DNA of 53,905 bases from Trichoplax sp. H2. Its lineage: Eukaryota. Positions 1 through 13,782 of this stretch are shown piece after piece. The stretch covers positions 1 through 53,905 of the forward strand of contig NOWV01000310.1 in the NCBI GenBank assembly GCA_003344405.1, written 5' to 3'. Position numbers and translations under genes: made by a program. The notes beneath the pieces were generated by a model. That model made no database searches. It saw only the letters and a list, made by a program, of their open reading frames with translations, and was not told the DNA's origin. Numbering within the stretch: position 1 is the first letter of the stretch; the number at the start of each line of letters is the position of its first letter.

Positions 1-68
1 TTTTTACTGTCTAATAGAGCAACGTCGTGAGCCCAAGTATACAACCATTAATAATCTAATTGTATTAC

Positions 69-152
69 CATGTTGTTCTCTTCTATCTTCATCCTTTTCT
101 TGACGCTAGGACTGGAAGACTTGACAGCAATCGCTGCAGTTGCTGCCGCCAT
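69..152 (-). CDS. First coding exon of an unidentified gene that continues off the left edge (MAAATAAIAVKSSSPSVKKRMKIEENNM)
   Basis: ATG at 152-150 in the context AAGATGGCGGC, 28 open codons, then a phase-0 GTAATA donor at 68. Basic KKRMK stretch resembles an NLS. A GC-richer promoter-like segment lies upstream (~160-350). Confidence 0.65.
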
Positions 153-941
153 CTTTGTTCGTGACCTGTGATAGCGAGCGTTTGAAAGTGCAGTGGTGTG
201 CGCCGCTGAATGGCCAGTGTCTACGCTTACTCTACCGCGTTTAGTATCAAGTTAACCAGGTGTAATGGACAGTACAGTACTGTCCCGTCTGTCCATTACC
301 GCTTTAGTGTACAGCACAGGACAACATGGCACGCATGCGCATTTCACTGGACGGTATGTACTGAATGCTGACTCATACTGTACTGTACTGTACTGGCCTG
401 ACATTGATTGTGTGATTTTCCTTCTTCTATTATACAGTAGAAGAAACAAAGCGTTGATTGAAAGGCGCAGAAAACGCTCTATCGCGCCATACTGTACACT
501 GTACGTTTTTCTTTTTCTCATCTAGCGTACAGACAAAGAAAACCAACCCATTTGTTCAATGGTGGAGCCATTTTCCACACCGCTCTGCTAGGAAAATGGA
601 ATATCCATGATTATGGGTATGGACAAAAAGACATAGGATGTACTACTAGTATATACTGTATATATATATACAAGATGATCGAAATGGCAAGATCTGGTCT
701 AGTTCTATTCCATGACGATTATACATTATCTGTAGTCAAGGAAAGTTTTGACATAGGCAAAATCGTTGTCAATATGGACTACCAAAAGAGATGGACAAGA
801 AACGACTTGTCCCTGAAAAAAGAGCCTTTTTACTCCTTATTTTACTATATTGCAAGACTCAAACCGTACACTGTACTGTAGCTAGCCAACTCGGTGGCTA
901 ATCTTGGTCAGTCTATTTGTCACCACTACAATGTACGGCTA

Positions 942-1499
942 CAGATGGACAGTGCAGCTAAAATGATCAGTCAAAATGTCACCCTTGCAATTTTGGCCTA
1001 CAGAAAGCCCTTTCCTATCCTTCTCTTATAGCAGTCATATTGACATACTGTACTAGTGTACCTGCAGGAGTGCAGGTCTGCTGATAGTAACTGGTACTAT
1101 ACTGTAGTACGTTAACTCAGATGCAGATGGACACTTGGACAGTTAAAATGATCAGTCAAAATGTCGCTCTTGCAATTTTGGCCTACAGGAAGCCCTTTCC
1201 TATCCTTCTCTTATAGCAGTCATATTGACATACTGTACTAGTATACCTGCAGGAGTGCAGGTCTGCTGATATTAAAGTAACTGCTACCATACTGTAGTAC
1301 GTTAACTCAGATGCAGATGGACAGTGCAGTTAAAATGATTTAAAATGATCTGTCAAAATGTCGCTCTTGCAAATTTTAGCCTACAAAAAGCCTTTCCTAT
1401 CCTTCTCTTATAGCAGTCATATTGACATACTGTACTAGTGGGCCTGCAGGAGTGCAGTTCTTCTGATAGTAACTGGTACTGTACTGTAGTGCGTTGACT
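942..1499. repeat. Tandem repeat, 3 copies of a ~182-190 bp unit
   Basis: Units start CAGATGGACA at 942, 1124 and 1314. They share the core AAAATGATCAGTCAAAATGTC...TTTCCTATCCTTCTCTTATAGCAGTCATATTGACATACTGTACTAGT...CCTGCAGGAGTGCAG with a few indels. Confidence 0.95.
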
Positions 1500-3707
1500 G
1501 TAGTATTAATACGCTACGGCGCAGAGTACACTAGAGGCGAAAGGCCACCAATGGACGACGTCTATTAAAATGGCCACAAACTAGTTTAAACAATCTGACT
1601 CCATTTCAATTTTAAACTCTTCGTTAAAATAATGTATTGGATTAGTGGAGTTGATTATAATGGACTGATTCAATAATACCACTAACGAATTGCCTGATCT
1701 TATCTTGCTCGTGTACCCCCTGCCATTGACCATGTTGTACCTAGGCCGACAGTATTGGCGACGATCGAAACCATGGCTACCGAAGTAATGAGCCAGGTTG
1801 AAACTGCCTAGAAATAGTCATTACAAATTAAGCATTCTGGTGATTGTATCACCAATGCAATTAAAGTGGCTTATTGCATAGGCCTTAAATGCATTCAGTC
1901 ATCATCATCATGTACTCCTTCTTTCTCAAACCAATCACCATGGATGAGTAGCAATCGCGAGCTGCTTCTTTTATAGGTCGAGCGAGTACAAAACAAGTAG
2001 AAAGACGGATTGACGGTTAGGATGAACAGGAAGATCCAACTGTCATCAAAACTAACCATGCTACAGAGTTTAAACTAAATAGTGTCGATATAGTTGTTGA
2101 TTGTTGACTAACAAGTTTTGAATGTTGAAAAATAAAAGTCCAACAATACACTTATTACCATAGATATAGAATAGAAATGAATAAAGGCGATACTGCGTCA
2201 TCAATGCCATAATTGTCTTCTCGTATGATTAAAAGAGATTGGAGAAAGGCACAACTGTCAAACTGTTGGCCTAATGTAGTTGATTACTCTATTTTTTCAA
2301 TACTTTATGCAAATGAAGAGTACAAGGCAAACTTAGAGAGGTTAATATTAAATTGAAAGATTTGCCCATTCCATATTAGAAAAGACTCTTTCTTTCACTT
2401 ATGTTCATGCTATACCATAGTAGAAGAAATGGATAAATCATGAACAGGTATAATCTTGTTTATTCTAAACCCGATCCGACAACCTACTCAAACCGTTAAC
2501 GACTCCAGTTTGTACAGTACGACGACAGTAGGGCATCCATCCTACTGTAGCAAGCTCTTGAATAGGCGTTTCAAATTATATCTTTTGATATTAGCCTACT
2601 GTTTAAACAATTCATAACAGTTAGCTCAAGAATCGCAGCCTTCATCCTTTACTACTCACAAATTGTGCAACATCTTCATACAACTGCAAAAATTCAATAG
2701 TTAACATCCAACGCTGGATATTGATCAACAACAACATTGGTCAATGAATGATTCTACCTTACAATTGATCTTGATAGTACTACCAATTCAATCCGAATTT
2801 AATAGTTCATACTAGGTCTACGAATTTATCATTCAGTATTAGTTTAGTCATCTATATTTTTTTTTCTTTATTTGATCAACTTGAAAGTTAGCCAATTTGT
2901 TTACTAGATTACGGTGAACACTACTGTATTCGAGCTATATCAATATCGCACCATCCATCATCGATATTGATGGCATGGTTTATCCAAGTTTTAAAAGCCT
3001 CAGAAATCTTTTCAACTCGTCTTGGACAACCTCATTCTGCCTAAAATCTGGAAATCAACCCCATGACGCTCCACTGAATTGTAGTAACTGGTGGAAGGTG
3101 TCGTCATCATAGCTCTTACCAAAAAAGCGAAATTACTCAGGGAAATCAACGATACAACAGTATACCGGTTAGTATTTGACTTATAGCTAGTGAAATGTCT
3201 AAAAAAAAGTCTTTTCCAAAAAGCAACTGAAGGATTTCAAGAATCCAAACTTCAAAAAGACTTTAAATTCAGTCATAACGCGATCGTGTTGATACTAGCA
3301 TGTAAATTGAATTGAACTTGCAACTTATTACATAATATCTTTTGCGAAGTGGTTTGCTTGTCTCTCTCCTAGAGTAGCTCTGATCTAACTCATGGAGTAG
3401 AAATGATCACTTTTAACGCCTTATTATGAAATAACGACTCAACATAACTGTACTTCATTTGTCTTGTTTCCTACCTTCTTCATGACTTTATTTCCATCGA
3501 ACTTAGATTGGCAACTGAAAATACGTAGAGAGTTGATTTAGACTTATCGTTGTAATACATTGTAATAAACTGCCATAGTTTGAGAGTTATGGAAGACAGG
3601 AAAAAAAGGTCAGTTTAAACATCCATAATGCCAACATTTGAAATATGTGGCTTTTAGTATACGATTATCTAGCTATCGTCTTATACTTGTGTTTCTTACC
3701 TACAATA

Positions 3708-6700
3708 ATGGCCAAGTAATGCATTCTTATTCCTAAAAGATCAGGATGAAATAGCTCCATAACCATACTAAATTAACTCAATTAATCTTTTATTCATTAC
3801 AGCCAAGTGTCTGAGTTACGCACATTATTGAAATTGATCACTACCCCATTAACAAGTATTGTTGGACAGGTGATTGATTAACATAATTACTATTTCTCTT
3901 CTATATTTCTCTCTCGATATTGTTTTTGTATTGACCATATTTAAAAAACTGATAACATTTATCGATATAAAATAGTTTGACTGGTTAATCTTAGCCTCTT
4001 TTTAAATGGTGTTATAATATAGCGAGCACTAATGCTTGTGTCTATATCGTAAGCACGCCTATCGAATGAGCCATAACTTTGTTCTAACTGTTAAGACATA
4101 TCAAATTATCCCATTTTATTGCCATTTAATTTCTTGCTACTTTTTTACCTCTATTTTTCTCGACAAGAACGATGAGCGTTTAACTGCATCTACAAAAGAT
4201 GCTCTGAATAATTTATATAATGGTCACGACCATAGCAATCATCATAATAACGATTCTAGTCATGCTAATGCGGTCAAGAAATTTTTTACAGTGGAAGCTT
4301 CCGCATTAGGCCAATTAAGGTGAGTTACATATGTCCTTTTCCTTATAGCCTTTTACAATAGATTAATTGTAGCTTAAACTTTTTTTACGGACAATCATGT
4401 CCTACACAAAGATATTACAATCACAGCTTACTATATTCTATCGAATTTCTCCACTTTTACTACTTGAATGCAGTAGCATTAATAAAACTCGTAGCGAATC
4501 TACTGTGTGTAATTTAGTCTCTGGCACAATATTTTCATTAGTAATTTTCATTTTTAATACACTTTGCGCAATTAAACACTTCCCTATTTAATATTACGCA
4601 CAAGCATGGCACTGCTTACCCCTTTTTATGTCAAGTATGTAGTAATAGTAGTAGATATTTTGAAATAGTTATGCTGTAGTGCAGTTGTAAAACTTGTACC
4701 ATTTTCAATCATTTTTTATAACATTTTACAGCTAATTCTAGAATCTATATTTTATATTGGCTGTTTGCTATCTCTCCAATCGCATAATTATGTATTAAAT
4801 ACTACATTTGCATGTCTGGGTTTCATCTTATGTAAGGTACTTGATGTTTTGACATACTGCAAGCCCTTAGCAAAATAATAGCATTAACTTCATTTCCGCT
4901 AGTTGGAGCAAAATACTCTATTGTAAAATTATCATTAAGAATAAACTTTATACAGTTTTTGACTTTCATAGGATCTATAGACTGTGGCTAATTCAATTAC
5001 CATTGAGTCTAATTTCAATTGAACATAGCCTTGCTGTACATTATATCACATCACATCGATGTAATTTTTATATTCATCATGATTGTATTTCATAATTGTC
5101 AAGATCAATCCTAGTCAAAACAGTTCCTATATGTACAGTATTATATCTGACTACAGATGGAGCAACAACGACAGTATTGCAAGTATTCCTGATCATAAAG
5201 AAATAAAATTTTTCTTGGCCAAACTTTTATGCAGTATTATTGTACAGGAGACTTAATTTATTGATATTAGATATCTACTGTAATCCATTTGCGTTCTAAT
5301 CCATACAGATTATTAGTCAAAATTATTTGTACCTGCTGCGAAAATGATAACGCAACACGTATAACAACAATCTTATATACGATATACCACATCATTAGTA
5401 AATTTCTTAATGATGAGCAACTCGGTCTTTCTGTATGTTTAGAGATCTGCATCGTATTTTAAAATGTAAATATAAAACTATATATCGACTACATATACCA
5501 TTTAGGCACGATAACTTTCTTATAATCTTTTCCTATATCTTTTGTCTTTTCCAATTTATTAAACTAACTATATGATCGTCGTTTGATGGTTCTAATAATC
5601 CTTATGGCAGTTCAAATTATCAAAGTCAGCGTGATTTTACTCAACATCCACATCATGCAATCTTTCAAAAAGTAACTCTAAGCTAATACAAGTATCTTAA
5701 GGATTTTAATAACGGTCATAACTTTTCAATAACTGCTAAATATACAGCACATTGAATAATTCCTTCTAACCATACAGTAGTAACATTTATATTTATGATA
5801 ATGTAAATATGCCGGAATGCTTTGGAAACTTTCAAGCAAGTTGATAGATAGGAACTAAATTTAATTACTATTAACTGTCTCAATTTTCCTAGATTTGTAA
5901 CGCCTTTTTCCAGCACAGGCTATCAAAAAAGTAAGTTGAAAACTATTATTCCATTCATCTGTCACATGATCACCCAGTTTACCTTAAGATAGAATATGAA
6001 AATAGTTTTAAATTAGTATTTTCGTCAGCTCAGAATACTTGGTTTGTCCATCTTAAAGTATCCATGAGACCTCGCATTATTTATTACGGGTAAATTAACC
6101 ATATTTGATGTTGAAGGATTGCGCGAATTTTGATGTAAAGTGATTGTTATGATTATGAAAATGAATTTTAATGCACAGTAAAGAAACTATAATCTAAATT
6201 CTAAAGTTAAATTTATGATTAATCGAATCATGATCACAAAAGATACTATTTCGCTTGTTGTCTCTATTGGCTATACAATATACAGTATGAAGATATGAAA
6301 CTGTATACTTTCTTGGCAATATATATTCTCTAGTAATAATATTTTAATCAGAAGTCAAAGCATACAATCAATTAGAACTCTAATTAAGTCGCAAATTGTA
6401 AGCACGTCCATTTATTGAACTTATGCACATAGAGAATGGATGGAAATATTACCGACAGAGAATATAGTACGCATTCTGATCTGTATTCGTCTATTTGTAA
6501 GAGATTGCCACTACCAGGTTAGCTGAATATATAACATAAGAATAATTGACCTAACTTAATTGTACATAATGTATAACAATTATACTTTAAAGCGTAATTA
6601 TAATATAATAGTCATATATTACGTCTATCCTTATTTGTTCTAAGTTAAAGGATTAATAAAATCATCTAAAATTGATATGAATCACTGTAATTGTTTTAAA

Positions 6701-9700
6701 TCGGTTGGTATTATTGTAGGAATTGTTGATGCAAATGAAAGGAATTACAACATTAATGCAGGTTAGTCAGCAATTTCGATGATATATCTTAAAAATCGCC
6801 TGTATTTTGATATGATAGTGTCACGGAAATAATAATTACGGTATGTTGATGCTGTAATAATAACTAATAACATGTCATTTTTTACAGATTCTACAACAGT
6901 ATATGAATCACTACTTTAAATTTGGAGAAAACCAATTAAACGTTGACATTTTAAAAGAAGTTGCAAGTAATGATTCACTATTAGATTTAACCAGGCTAAA
7001 TTTTATTGCATTTTATGCTAGTTCTCTACATTATGACTTATGTCATAAAACGTAAATTCATGTGTTTATCGCAAAATAAACCAGGTATATTTCAAAAATT
7101 GTCGAGTAATGAAGTGATCCAGCTAGAAATGATAAAAGCTGAAATCTATAAGGTTTCTATAGATAAAATTTTTAATCAACATATAGACTACATATCGATT
7201 TTAATGCTTTAATTTTTGGCGTAATACATCAATGTTACTATTTCTCGCTAGCCATTATTTATTCTACTGGGATCGAACGATATTACTCTCTTACAGTGTG
7301 CTCTATTAACACTTAATAACTTTGCACAAGTGTAAGTATTCCCATACAAATTGCATACGTAGCGATATTTTACTTGCAGTCTATGTTATTTCTAATTAAC
7401 CTGTACTATTTCCTTTACAAGTTAATATAATACATCAAATTCTTTAATGCACTTTAGTGAATTAGCATGTTCGAAAATCAGCGAATTAAACTGTGCTGAA
7501 AGCCTACTAAGAATTTTACAAGAAGACCATGATGTTGCATTAAAAAAGTAAGGCATATATTTTTAGCTTATAACATTCACAACGATGGCATTTACAAATA
7601 GATATTATCTGATGATTTAATCTTAAAAAGGCTTGCCTCCAGTCTTTTACGACGCTTGTGTTCAGACTCAAAGTTCTGCCGACAAATGATGTTATCGGAC
7701 GGTGTTCCAACTTGTTTAAGGTAAGGATAGACTGATAACAATAAAAATCTCGCCAACTTTCTGATATTTCTAATATGTTTGAGAATAATAAATTCCAGCA
7801 TATTATGAACGAATAATCTAGTCTTATATCTAATAGTCGATAGTGTTAGTACATAAGTCTGTCATGAGCATTATTTCTGTCATTTTCTATATTTTAACTT
7901 GACTCAAATCTCTACAAGATACATTATTGCTAAAATCTCGTATATACTGGATAAAATAAGATCAATCATGACGGTTGCCTGTCATTCTTGAAATTTTAAC
8001 TTTTTCTAATATATTCGATATAGATTATCTGATATAGGCCTAATTTCTGTTCATTTTGTTAGCATGTATATACGAGTGTTGATAAATATTAACTATTACT
8101 AAACTACTAACAGAGTAATTTAATATCAAGCACAAACGTTACAGATATCATCCCCTTTTATAGTTTTGTTAGTCTTTGCTCAATTTATTGCTACCTATCG
8201 CCTTCAATTTACTTCCATTTGTAATTTTATATTTTCTAATACCTTTACAGGACGTTACATTCTACCAATGTCAAGATATTGTGGAATGTGGTACGTTAAT
8301 TATATTAATTTTATTATTTATAGAATAATGCTACAAACTTTACAAAAATTGCTCACCGTGATTTATAATTTATAGATTTGGATTATTGTACAAATGGCGG
8401 AAGATCCAGAATGTAGAGATGAAGTTCGAATTACAGGAGGAATTCCTTTGCTACTATCCATTGTTCAGTACGTTGCTACTTAGCTCAAAACGGAAAAATC
8501 CAATAGTTATGATAATAAAACTGACAATATCCTATTGGATCGTTTCTTTAATAGGAAAAAGAAATTCTCATCCTTAAATTCAAGAGATAGAGCAAATTCA
8601 AATAGTTCTATGGCATCTGCAACGGTATAATATGGTCATATATTACTCTTTATTTATTCTCTTATTTGCTATATTCTGTGTTTTTAATGTGGTATAGGAT
8701 TAACGTAATATATTGACTAATTAAATCTCAAATCTCATTCAAATTCAGAATGAAATAACTCCAGATCACATCATGTCCTTACATTCTGGTAAAGGAGTTG
8801 AATAATTAGAGTACTATAATTTATGTACATTAAATAATTTTTACCCTCTAATATTAATTTACCATATATGACATGTTACTTTATCTTAAAGCTGCGTGTG
8901 CCGCTTTGACAGAATTAGCAGTTAGTGATACAAATGCGTTACAAATTGTAAACGTAAGTTAATGAATCACAGGAATCATTACTATTACTCTTATCAATTT
9001 TTAAATTGATGCATAAAATAACCCGTAATATCCTATCATCTATAACATATAGTTGAATGGTGTCTATATCATTGGTCAATTAATATTTCCTTCTGAATAT
9101 AAAGTAGAAGATGTAAATATTTCCAAGAATGTGCAGGTATAAGAATCATTGTAAGAATTTTACTTATTATTCGTTATTCGTTAATTAGTGTTTAACATAT
9201 CTTATTAAATATTTTGTAGGAAAGTGCCTTTAGAGCATTGCGGTTAGTTACTAAAAAATGTTAGAAAATGACTTCTTTAAGATATAAAATTGTTTACTTA
9301 TGTGCTACCATTCTTAAAATTATGTAGCTTTCTCTTTAGTATGGAAAGGAATCGTAGGGTATTTAAAAGGTAGGCCCTATAATTAATAATACAATTCAAG
9401 CTGGAAAGTTTATAAACTTAGATACCGCTTATTTTAAAGGATATTCCCTCCGGACATGTTTGAAGCATTTATTGATGTTGGGCATTATGTCAGAGAACTT
9501 TCAGATTACAGACCTCTAGTTGACAAAATTAATTCACTTAAGGTGCTGATATAATTTAAAGTATATCATTCTTCAGTCCTTGCTACTTTATCTTCTCCAT
9601 CATCAATATCTTTCCATTGAATGTTTGTATTACTATTTGTTGACTTGTTAGCAAGAAGAATTAGAGACCATAAAAAATAATATTGCGGAAACAAATAGAA

Positions 9701-12700
9701 ATAAAGAGCCTATCAAAACTGTGGGAGCATATGCAGTCATGGAATTACTCGGCGCCGGAGCATTTGGCAATGTTTATAGCGTAATGTTGATTACAAATTA
9801 TTGCATATCCTTCAGAATTGGCCCCAATGTAATAAAATGGCCTTGCATTTTGCCCTTTTCGTTATAGGTAAAGAAGGTTATGGGTGGTCAGACAGTATAT
9901 GCAATGAAGGAAGTGAGTTGCTACTTGATCTATATTACGTAATGACTCTTCTTGATCCTCTATTATACTAATACTGGAGTCTTTTTGTTGCTAGATCTCC
10001 GTTTATCATCCAGCATTAGGAAGAACACCAAAAGAAAGGGATAGCAGTATTGGTGAATTAATAAATGAAACTACTATTATGAAAGAACAGGTTTGAAATA
10101 TCGTCGATTTTACTTGTTATTTTATAACTTAAAACTCATAGGGAACTGTTTCTATTAATAGCTTCGACATCCCAACATTGTAAAGTACTATAAAACCTTT
10201 CACGAAAGTAAGAATAATGGCTAGAATAACCATAATCAGTCATAAGCAATTTCCAAATGCTTTATGTAATGGATGCAATTAATTTATTAGACAATAGCCT
10301 GTACATCATCATGGAACTCATCGATGGAGCTCCTCTTAGTGAACATTTTAATTCTCTGAAAGAGAAAAAGCAAAAATTTTCTGAGGAACGGATATGGAAA
10401 ATTCTTATTCAGGTAATGAAATTTCTTTTAAAAGTGGCAGGTTTATCTTGCCTAAATAGTACTGAGCATTGGATATTATGATCAACCAGCAAATTTCTTA
10501 TAAAATTGATGCTTTATTGGTTATTTTGGATTATTCTTATTTAAATTATTAAGATTACTGACGAACAAGCTGCTTATAAATTAAATTAAAGTTGATCTGT
10601 TATTGTTTTATATCTTAATCGCACATATTTTGTATAAAGTAATATAATATATAGAAGATATGACAATTCATAAACATGTTACTTATTTTTAAAACCAAAT
10701 TGTCTGACTTATTATTATTAGATAATTATGGCTTTAAGGTATATCCATAAAGATAAACGGATAGTTCATCGCGATCTGTCACCTGGCAATATAATGCTTG
10801 GAGAGATGGACAAAGTTACAATCAGTAAATATTACCAACAACCTGAGATATGTTGTATTCTGAGCTATCAAAAAGCTAATACTACATATATTATAATTTA
10901 GCTGATTTCGGTCTCGCAAGATTAAGAAGAAGAGAAGCTAGCCAAATGACCTCCGTCGTTGGAACTATGCTTTATAATTGGTAGGGATTCATTAAGATGT
11001 TATGTTTGATGTTTATCGTACCATTTATCCATAATTAATGATAATAGAGTCCATATATTAGCTAGCATTATTTCTTTATTTGCTCGTAATTGATAATCTA
11101 CAAAAATTACCTAACACATATTTATACACTAAAGCCCTGAAATCGTCCAGAATAAACCCTACGGAGAAAAAGCTGATGTTTGGTCGGCTGGATGCCTTTT
11201 ATACCAAATGGCAACATTAAAACCTCCATTTTATACTACCAATTTGTTGCAGCTAGCTAAAAAGGTATAAGCAATAGAAGAAATATATTAGATGACCATC
11301 GTTTCACAACTTTAATACAGTTAGTTAATATCTTATAAATTACAGATTGTTGAGGCTGATTACAGTCCAATACCAGAAGAAGATTATAGTGCTTTACTAC
11401 GCGAAACTATTGCAAAGTAGGGGCCTTTTCTTAAGTTATAAATTGATATGTCTTTCATAACATTTGCTAAATACTAATTTGAGATGTCATTTTTATACTC
11501 TGTTAAGATGCATGACTACAGATCCAGCATTAAGGCCAGATACGGTTCAGGTTAGATTTTAAAATGACACTATCATTTACCTGTAAATATTTATTGTATT
11601 GCATAAGTCCAGTCCGCCCATGTTTAAACCACCAATAAGGCTTCGCTAACACTATCATGTTGGTCATTTTGCTCTTCATAGCTAGCAAGCTTGACCTCTG
11701 ATATTTTCATGAAGCATTTTGATAAAGTTATCATTGACAAGGTGACTACCGAAAAGAAACTTGAGAAAGAGAGAGATCGAGTTCGCAAGTAGGTTTCAGA
11801 ATTATCTTGACAGTTTATATGTGTACTTATACTGCCAAAGATGTCAAGTAGGTAAAAGTTAATCTTTGAATATTGATATTCAATTCTATTTAGGCGTAAT
11901 TTGGAAACAAGTCAAACGGTACACAGCTACAGACGATTATTATCTGCAGCTCAAGAAAGGAATATTTTGACTAATTTTGCTGGAAGCGGCGACTCCACGC
12001 TTTTATCGTCGCTAAGATCTGTTGGTGAACAATTATTTTCCACCGAACCCAACATTGATAATCAACAGAAGACTGATGACGATTTTGATCCATTAATGGG
12101 TAGTGGAGGGACATCGGGAGAATCCGGTCCCCAACATGATGGCAACGATGATATCAGAAGTTTAGGAACGCGATCCTATAGCCCCAGTTCGCCTAATAGT
12201 TTCTTACCTAATATAGTACCAAGAGGTTCACCTGGCCTTCATAATAGTTCTGTTAGGAGAAATATTTTGTTAGACTTTGATGGAACTGGTCATGATCAAG
12301 TTATTACCAAGACTACAAATGAAATTTATACATTTTCACCTCCTGATAGCTATCTTAGTCAAATGCACGATCAATTTGAAAAAACCCTTGGATCGACATC
12401 AAGGTGAGTTTTGTATGCACCTATTAACATGTCAATACACCTGTTTCTATCGTTGCATCTAATTCAGATATTAATTAATAGCCAATTAAGTATGCATAAT
12501 GATTCGAAGAGAAATACAGGCTCTGCACGCTTCCGACCACGTAAGGATAAATATATATATATATTAGTGTAGATGAGAAAATAAAAATTATCAAAAAAAT
12601 AAATATTTTTTTCTCTGCGGCCATTATACAGCATATAATGCACCGACAATAGCATTTTCATCAAGGCAAGTTCGCGAACTTAATGATCCGATCCTTCAAA

Positions 12701-13782
12701 TGTTAAGTCAGCTACATAAAATAATATTTATCACACAGGTAAAAGTTGCTATGGTGCAAATAGTATTTCGTAGTTATCCTTTAAATTTTGTAGTCGTACT
12801 TATGTCTATATAATTCTTAAATGTGCGTAGCTGCCTCCCACACTGGATTACAATCCACATCGTCGTATCGTTGATAAATATAAACGTGCTCTTTTTTCCG
12901 CTAATCACTCCCCTGCAGAACTCAAGACTGAAATTGTCAAGGTAAAAATTTCTTTTATCTCCTAAATGATCAATGCGTTGAATTTTACGTCGAAATTTGT
13001 AATGAAAGGATACTGTATTACTACAATAATATATCTATCTTGCAATATTACAAATTTCAATTTATAATACCTTCAGTAAATATTTACTGATATAACAAAA
13101 CTATTATTTTGCTTTACTGCTAAGCTGATGAATGGAGTTAGAGAATTTGTAGATATCAACTTAGCACCAGTTGAATCAATTACTAAACAAGCTGGAGAAT
13201 TAAATGATAATTTAACACCAGTTCCTCAAGGATCATCAGAAGTATCAAGTATGTATTTAGGGAGGACATTAATCTGATTACACTGATTAATAGTAATTAC
13301 AGTTTTGTTACAACTTAATGTATTGCATATCTATATCCTATCATGCTATTCAAACTCAAGAATTCCTTAAATCATATCTATTTCCAATTAGGTGTCATTC
13401 AAGAATTAAATTTAGATATGAGTAAGGACGTTGGTATAACTTATGAACAGCTGCATGTAAGTTCTATCTTTTATCATTATTCAAAAGCAACCAATCACAT
13501 TCATCAATATGTATATATATATACATATACTGTATATGATACGATATGGTAGCAGGTTTTTAAGAAACCCATACGGGTATATCATATAAAAATATAAAAT
13601 TATTTGTAGAATGATCTGTGTATACGTTATAAAATAGTAGAAGTGATCTGATAACACTGTTCATTAAAATATGCTATGCTATCAATAACTGCATTTATAA
13701 AAATGTTTCTTAATCCCAAATTAATTAGGACATGATCGAGGAGGAACTTGTAGAAAATGGCTATTATGAATTGTCACGTTAA
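3708..13782 (+). CDS. NEK10: Serine/threonine-protein kinase NEK10 (N-terminal ARM-repeat region, central kinase domain, C-terminal tail); about 39 coding exons
   Basis: Phase-consistent GT-AG exons, e.g. 3708-3715 (ATG, tentative), 3803-3869, 4168-4319, 5611-5671, 5893-5930, 6433-6517 (EWMEILPTENIVRILICIRLFVRDCHYQ), ~9220-9542 (AFRALR/FLFSMERNRRVFKR/IFPPDMFEAFIDVGHYVRE), 9652-9780 (GAGAFGNVY), YAMKE, HRDLSPGNIML (10767), DFG, GTMLYNC/PE, YGEKADVWSAGC, RQVRELNDPILQMLSQLHKIIFITQLPP, and last exon 13729-13782 (DMIEEELVENGYYELSR*). These are collinear with human NEK10 as I recall it. Confidence 0.95.

Noticed and set aside
69..152. Resemblance of SSSPSVKKR to the UBA1 N-terminus
   Set aside because: Too short and low-complexity to assign a gene.
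252..881. ORFs 252-521, 265-525 and 552-881
   Set aside because: Their TVL/YST-rich translations come from repeated TACTG/TACAG motifs in promoter-like DNA; no domain or splice structure.
942..1499. CRISPR-like array
   Set aside because: Whole units are repeated with no unique spacers, and the context is eukaryotic with no cas genes.
4320..5610. Nested gene in the unusually long NEK10 intron 3 (ORFs 4397-4591, 5267-5452)
   Set aside because: No recognisable protein and no consistent exon chain.
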